DNA of 64,000 nucleotides from Clostridiaceae bacterium (GTDB lineage Bacteria; Bacillota; Clostridia; Clostridiales; Clostridiaceae): NCBI GenBank assembly GCA_036677675.1, contig JAVBWC010000042.1, positions 354 to 64,353 of the forward strand, read 5' to 3'. Shown piece by piece: positions 61,001 to 64,000 of this stretch (position 1 is its first letter; each line of letters starts with the position of its first letter). The notes under the pieces were generated by a model. It saw only the letters and a program-made list of their open reading frames with translations, ran no database searches and was not told where the DNA came from. The position numbers and the translations under genes were made by a program.

Positions 61001-63618
61001 CTTCCGTATTCAAAGCTTGAATTTGCAAGTAGATTATCAGCAGCAGAAATTACTTTTGTATCGTAATCAATATTTCCATTTGAGAAATACCTTGATGCTG
61101 TTGTTTGTATATTAGGGTCTGTTGACTCTGTTTGATTATTCTTTGAATCATAATCAAATGAGCTTACATTGCTGTTAGCATCGCTTTCTTCAATTAAGCT
61201 ATTGCTGCTGTTATACTTATAATCATAAACCTGGCTTTCTGGAAGCTCTACCTTTGTAATGTTCCCATTTTCATCATAAGTGTAAGTATATGCACTTGCA
61301 CCACTTACCTTATTTGTATTAGCATCCTTTACTTGTACCAGATTATTATTATCATCATATGCAAAGGTAGTTATAGCCTTATTTTGTGAATCTAAAGGAT
61401 TTTCAGTAATTTGCACAATGTTTTTATTAGGATTATATTGGTAATCAATACGTTTGCCTTCACCATCAGTTACAGAAGTTACGCTTTGATTAAAATCATA
61501 TGAGTAACTTGTTGTACTTGTGGTTTGCACACCATCAATTGTAATTGGCCGGCTTATGCTTTTTACACTGCCTGCTTCATAAACAATTGTTGTTGTAATG
61601 TTTTTTTGGTCAATTATAGAAGTCAGGTTATGAGATCCATCATATCCTAAAGTAATGAATTTTGATTCTGCATCAATTACCTTTTGAAGATTACCATTTG
61701 CATCATACTCATAATTTAGAGTACGAGACCCTGGTGTATTAATACTTGAAACATATCCATTTGTTCCGTAATTAACAGTTACCTCTCTATTTGAGGCATC
61801 TGTAATTGATGATAATTTCCCATTAGTATAGGTAAAATTAGTTGCATTATCATTCGTATCTACAATAGAGCTGATTTTACCGCTTGAATTAAAATTAATT
61901 TTAGTTCCATCAACCTGAGTAATTGTGTATGTTTCACCATCTTTTACAAGGGTTAAATAAATGCCTCCATGTGCTTCATATCCCCCGCCGATTTTTTCTC
62001 CAAAGAAATGGCTTGTACCATCTCCATCAACTAAGGTAATAGGTCCGTTTCCTGAGTCAATAAGCCTTGCCTCTACATCACTTGTCCATCCATAGCCAAA
62101 CATGCCAGCTGCAGTTGCCTTTCTGCTGTTGTATGTTCTTGTAAGACTTGCTGGAATACCCCTACCTAGAATTGAAAAGTCATTTTGGGAAAGCACTAAA
62201 TTACCATTAGCAGGATTTACTCCATCCTTTGTATATCCCCAAAAGTCTTCAATGCCAATTGGATCTACCCAGTAGTTTATTGTAAGTTTCGGTGTGTTGG
62301 TTCCAATATTTACTGTATTAAATGCTCTAAATGGTGATGTAGCCTCATTTTGATGCTTTAGCATAAATCCATAGTTTGCTTGAGCTCCGCTATACCAATC
62401 CTTAACAAGCTGAGTAGTATCCCACTGCCAGTATTGGTTGTACGTATTATTAGTTGCTGTTGATTCTTTAGCTGCGGCAATGGATGGCTGCGTATTCCAT
62501 GTAACAGAGCCTCCCCAACTGCTGGTTATACGGTATAAATCAATTGAAACAGTTGTTGAATCTGCCTGTGTTTGATAAGCGTTAAAATTAGCGCTTAGGA
62601 TTTTACTGTCACTTGGAAGACTTGGAAGATAAAATTGCGCTAAACTTCTCAGAGTTCCGTAATAATATGGGTCAGAACCTGTATACATTTTATTTAAGCT
62701 TGAATAGGATGAAGTACCGAAGTTGCTTGCTACAAAAGTATCCCTCATAATATCCCATTCGTTGATTGTTGGATCTATTGTGACCGGATATTTTGTATCT
62801 GCACCTTCAAGAAAAGTTTTATCAGCAATAACATCTATATATGTCTTTCCATTTTCTTTTCTTAAAGCAATATCCACTTTATCAGAATACTTCTCATTTG
62901 CATCAATCATAAAGGGCTTTTCAATATACCATAATTTTTGTCCTTTATTATCTGTAAAATATATAAGTCCGTTTTTATCTTTTAAAACATTTAACCCCTT
63001 AAGTTTTAATTCAAATGAAAAAGTATTTTTTCCAGTATAGCTGTTTAAAACAATGTCTTCTTTTACTTTAGACCCTTTAACAGCGTAACCTATATCCGTA
63101 CTTTCATAAATATTTTTATAAATAATACTGCTGTTTTTTGCTTGACCATTTACCTTGTTTGCTCCAACAGGTATAAAGGCTACGCCTTTTCCGTCCTTTT
63201 CAACTGATGCAATTTCACCTGTTCCTGCTTCATTTGAAAACATAGCTTTAAAGTCATTAGCATTGTTTTCAAGTTTTCCTGCACTTTTTGTGCTTTCTTT
63301 TAAATTATTGTCTATATCCTTCCACTTTTTATTCGATGGATCTTTATAAAACTTAGGCTCAAGATAGATTTCTTCTGTAAAACTTCCATCTGGATTAAGA
63401 TAACGGGCTGAATATTTTGTTCTTTTGCTTTTAAGTTCAAGTTTTGCTTTAGGAGGTTTATTGGGAATCTCTCCAATGTCTGCTTTAGCAGATTGTTTCT
63501 TTGGCATCTGCCTTAATGAAGCAGCTTCTGCTGCTGACATGCCAATTAGATTAAATAACATGAAAAATATTAAGGCAATAGATACATGCCTAAATGATGA
63601 CTTGTAGAATTTTAACAT
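58042..63618 (-). CDS. WapA-like Sec-secreted RHS/YD-repeat polymorphic toxin
   Basis: Signal peptide, DNRLRE-like domain, two CBM-like domains (LLANSSFE, LIDNAGFE), YD repeats, RYAGYRYDEATGLYYLMARYY core, DPSG end, ~110-aa hydrophobic tip. Confidence 0.92.
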   Translation of the reverse strand: MLKFYKSSFRHVSIALIFFMLFNLIGMSAAEAASLRQMPKKQSAKADIGEIPNKPPKAKLELKSKRTKYSARYLNPDGSFTEEIYLEPKFYKDPSNKKWKDIDNNLKESTKSAGKLENNANDFKAMFSNEAGTGEIASVEKDGKGVAFIPVGANKVNGQAKNSSIIYKNIYESTDIGYAVKGSKVKEDIVLNSYTGKNTFSFELKLKGLNVLKDKNGLIYFTDNKGQKLWYIEKPFMIDANEKYSDKVDIALRKENGKTYIDVIADKTFLEGADTKYPVTIDPTINEWDIMRDTFVASNFGTSSYSSLNKMYTGSDPYYYGTLRSLAQFYLPSLPSDSKILSANFNAYQTQADSTTVSIDLYRITSSWGGSVTWNTQPSIAAAKESTATNNTYNQYWQWDTTQLVKDWYSGAQANYGFMLKHQNEATSPFRAFNTVNIGTNTPKLTINYWVDPIGIEDFWGYTKDGVNPANGNLVLSQNDFSILGRGIPASLTRTYNSRKATAAGMFGYGWTSDVEARLIDSGNGPITLVDGDGTSHFFGEKIGGGYEAHGGIYLTLVKDGETYTITQVDGTKINFNSSGKISSIVDTNDNATNFTYTNGKLSSITDASNREVTVNYGTNGYVSSINTPGSRTLNYEYDANGNLQKVIDAESKFITLGYDGSHNLTSIIDQKNITTTIVYEAGSVKSISRPITIDGVQTTSTTSYSYDFNQSVTSVTDGEGKRIDYQYNPNKNIVQITENPLDSQNKAITTFAYDDNNNLVQVKDANTNKVSGASAYTYTYDENGNITKVELPESQVYDYKYNSSNSLIEESDANSNVSSFDYDSKNNQTESTDPNIQTTASRYFSNGNIDYDTKVISAADNLLANSSFEYGSSWADNWMQNTEPGKTATFNWASTAKFGNKAVSISNPTGWALVSASNVKYEAGNKYVVSGYLKTANTTNTAIIKIEFFDAQNNWLGQQTSYGLKGTHDWTLVQALVDTVPSGTDKIRVSAGMNAGSGTAYFDGIQLEKDTVVSAYNLIDNAGFERDNDSNNMPDNWDASGNLTANDKLDQNINPEDDKVHTGKYSFKMTGESGKNKYIKQRVYISGDDNTKLTLSGWSKQEGASSSGGNYTLQVQVNYTAGGSSVFANDFSKSASGWQHVAAKIEPTAAFNSIDVFYLYNNQAGTAWFDAMRLELGPAITGYTYDSNQNYVTNITDPLGNSVSFGYDAVGNKTSVTDGKGKTTSFTYDKTNLLTKVTDAKLNETLYGYDNAGNRTTVTDARNKVTSYEYNEFNKVSRITNPLNQVIQFGYDKNGNTTKIIFPKGDTISYTYNGLNRNDGVYYNGVKKWDFGYDPNGNLTFATDVSSGKTTSYRFDKNNRVTEISEGASNRIAYGYDNNSNLTSLGITVGSTTVNTGYSYNSLNQIISLSRNSSKIVSFIYDESGNVISLGRANGTYTALEYDSAGRVKTVKNYKPSGDILDSYAYSYDANGNITSVATNAGTISYQYDELNQLTQETLLDGTTISYEYDAVGNRTKKTVGTTITNYSYDDGNQLTAVNGQSYTHDANGNLTSNGDKTFVYDEENHLTQVKNSQGTVISSFTYDYEGNRTSMTTSGVTTYFHYSGDKVVYETDANNNITAEYTWDAQGNPVAMTKNGVTYYYSLNAHGDVTALTDASGNVAAQYSYDAWGNVLSQTGTMASSNPYRYAGYRYDEATGLYYLMARYYDANVGRFLTRDTFHGFEDDPQSLNLYTYCANNSVNMIDPSGNYYISLKDISKYLLVIGLNPIGSVLIGMGLYKLKVFITARFLLLIAKLGAFWGPVVQGILVGVAAAVGIPSASSLATAIFDCVMQSKRGIEFGVKRTRRGTPYALDIYAR

Positions 63619-63910
63619 ATTATCCCCCTTTTAATTTTTAGTAGATGTCTAATTAGTATAATCCTATTTACATAACATCTTAATAATGTTACAAAAAATT
63701 CATATACTATTTCAATGCTAAATGTTTGGACATGTGGGGAAAATATGTTAGTTCATTAAAGGAACGTCAACTTGAGTATATATCGATAACTAAATATCAG
63801 GCATAACTTAATCCTTCAATTAATTACCTTTTCACTTCTACAATAAAATGTGATATTATTGTTCTGGACTTAAATTATGCAATCAAATGAAATACATTAT
63901 AGAAAGAGGT

Positions 63911-64000
63911 ATGAATATGAAGCAATTTTTTACTACACATGGCAGACTTAATCGTGGAAAATATTTTATGTATGGTTTAATTACAGGTATAGTATCAGCA
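63911..64000 (+). CDS. 5' part of a DUF805-like membrane protein (runs off the window)
   Basis: AGAGGT RBS; MNMKQFFTTHGRLNRGKYFMYGLITGIVSA carries the F-x-x-x-GRLNR-x-x-Y signature. Confidence 0.6.
   Translation, partial: MNMKQFFTTHGRLNRGKYFMYGLITGIVSA

Noticed and set aside
1-64000. Remaining short antisense ORFs of 60-130 aa in the track; rRNA, tRNA, integrase and transposase genes
   Set aside because: The ORFs lie opposite well-supported genes and show antisense-type composition; no RNA-gene or mobility-gene signatures were seen

Overview
AT-rich window from a spore-forming Clostridium-like firmicute, with most genes on the minus strand. The left two-thirds (1-42.6 kb) is mostly core and sporulation genes: LysM-GH18 cortex hydrolase, amidase, LemA-TPM, YhaM, a gerABC operon, glycine cleavage (gcvT-H-PA-PB-lpdA), prkA-yhbH-spoVR, an MCP, deoC-punA-pdp, a DEAD-box helicase, a kinase/pseudokinase pair, SNF2, tlp, a second gerA-C-B operon (gerB frameshifted, flanked by 26-bp direct repeats) and a greA-like gene. 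Several small intergenic repeat families are interspersed. The right third is accessory. A ~14-kb single-strand cluster of uncharacterised membrane proteins (42.8-56.8 kb) runs Yip1-like, 4-TM protein, a ~1,960-aa membrane-anchored protein with 57 tandem [YF][DN]xxG pentapeptides and a toxin-like C-terminus, two paralogous unknown proteins, Zn-ribbon proteins, LemA and DUF2207. This cluster is the best candidate for an undescribed system. It is followed by a Sec-secreted WapA-like RHS protein with a hydrophobic toxin tip, a membrane immunity candidate and orphan RHS fragments. No rRNA, tRNA, CRISPR array, integrase or transposase was seen. All family assignments are from motif recognition, not database searches.
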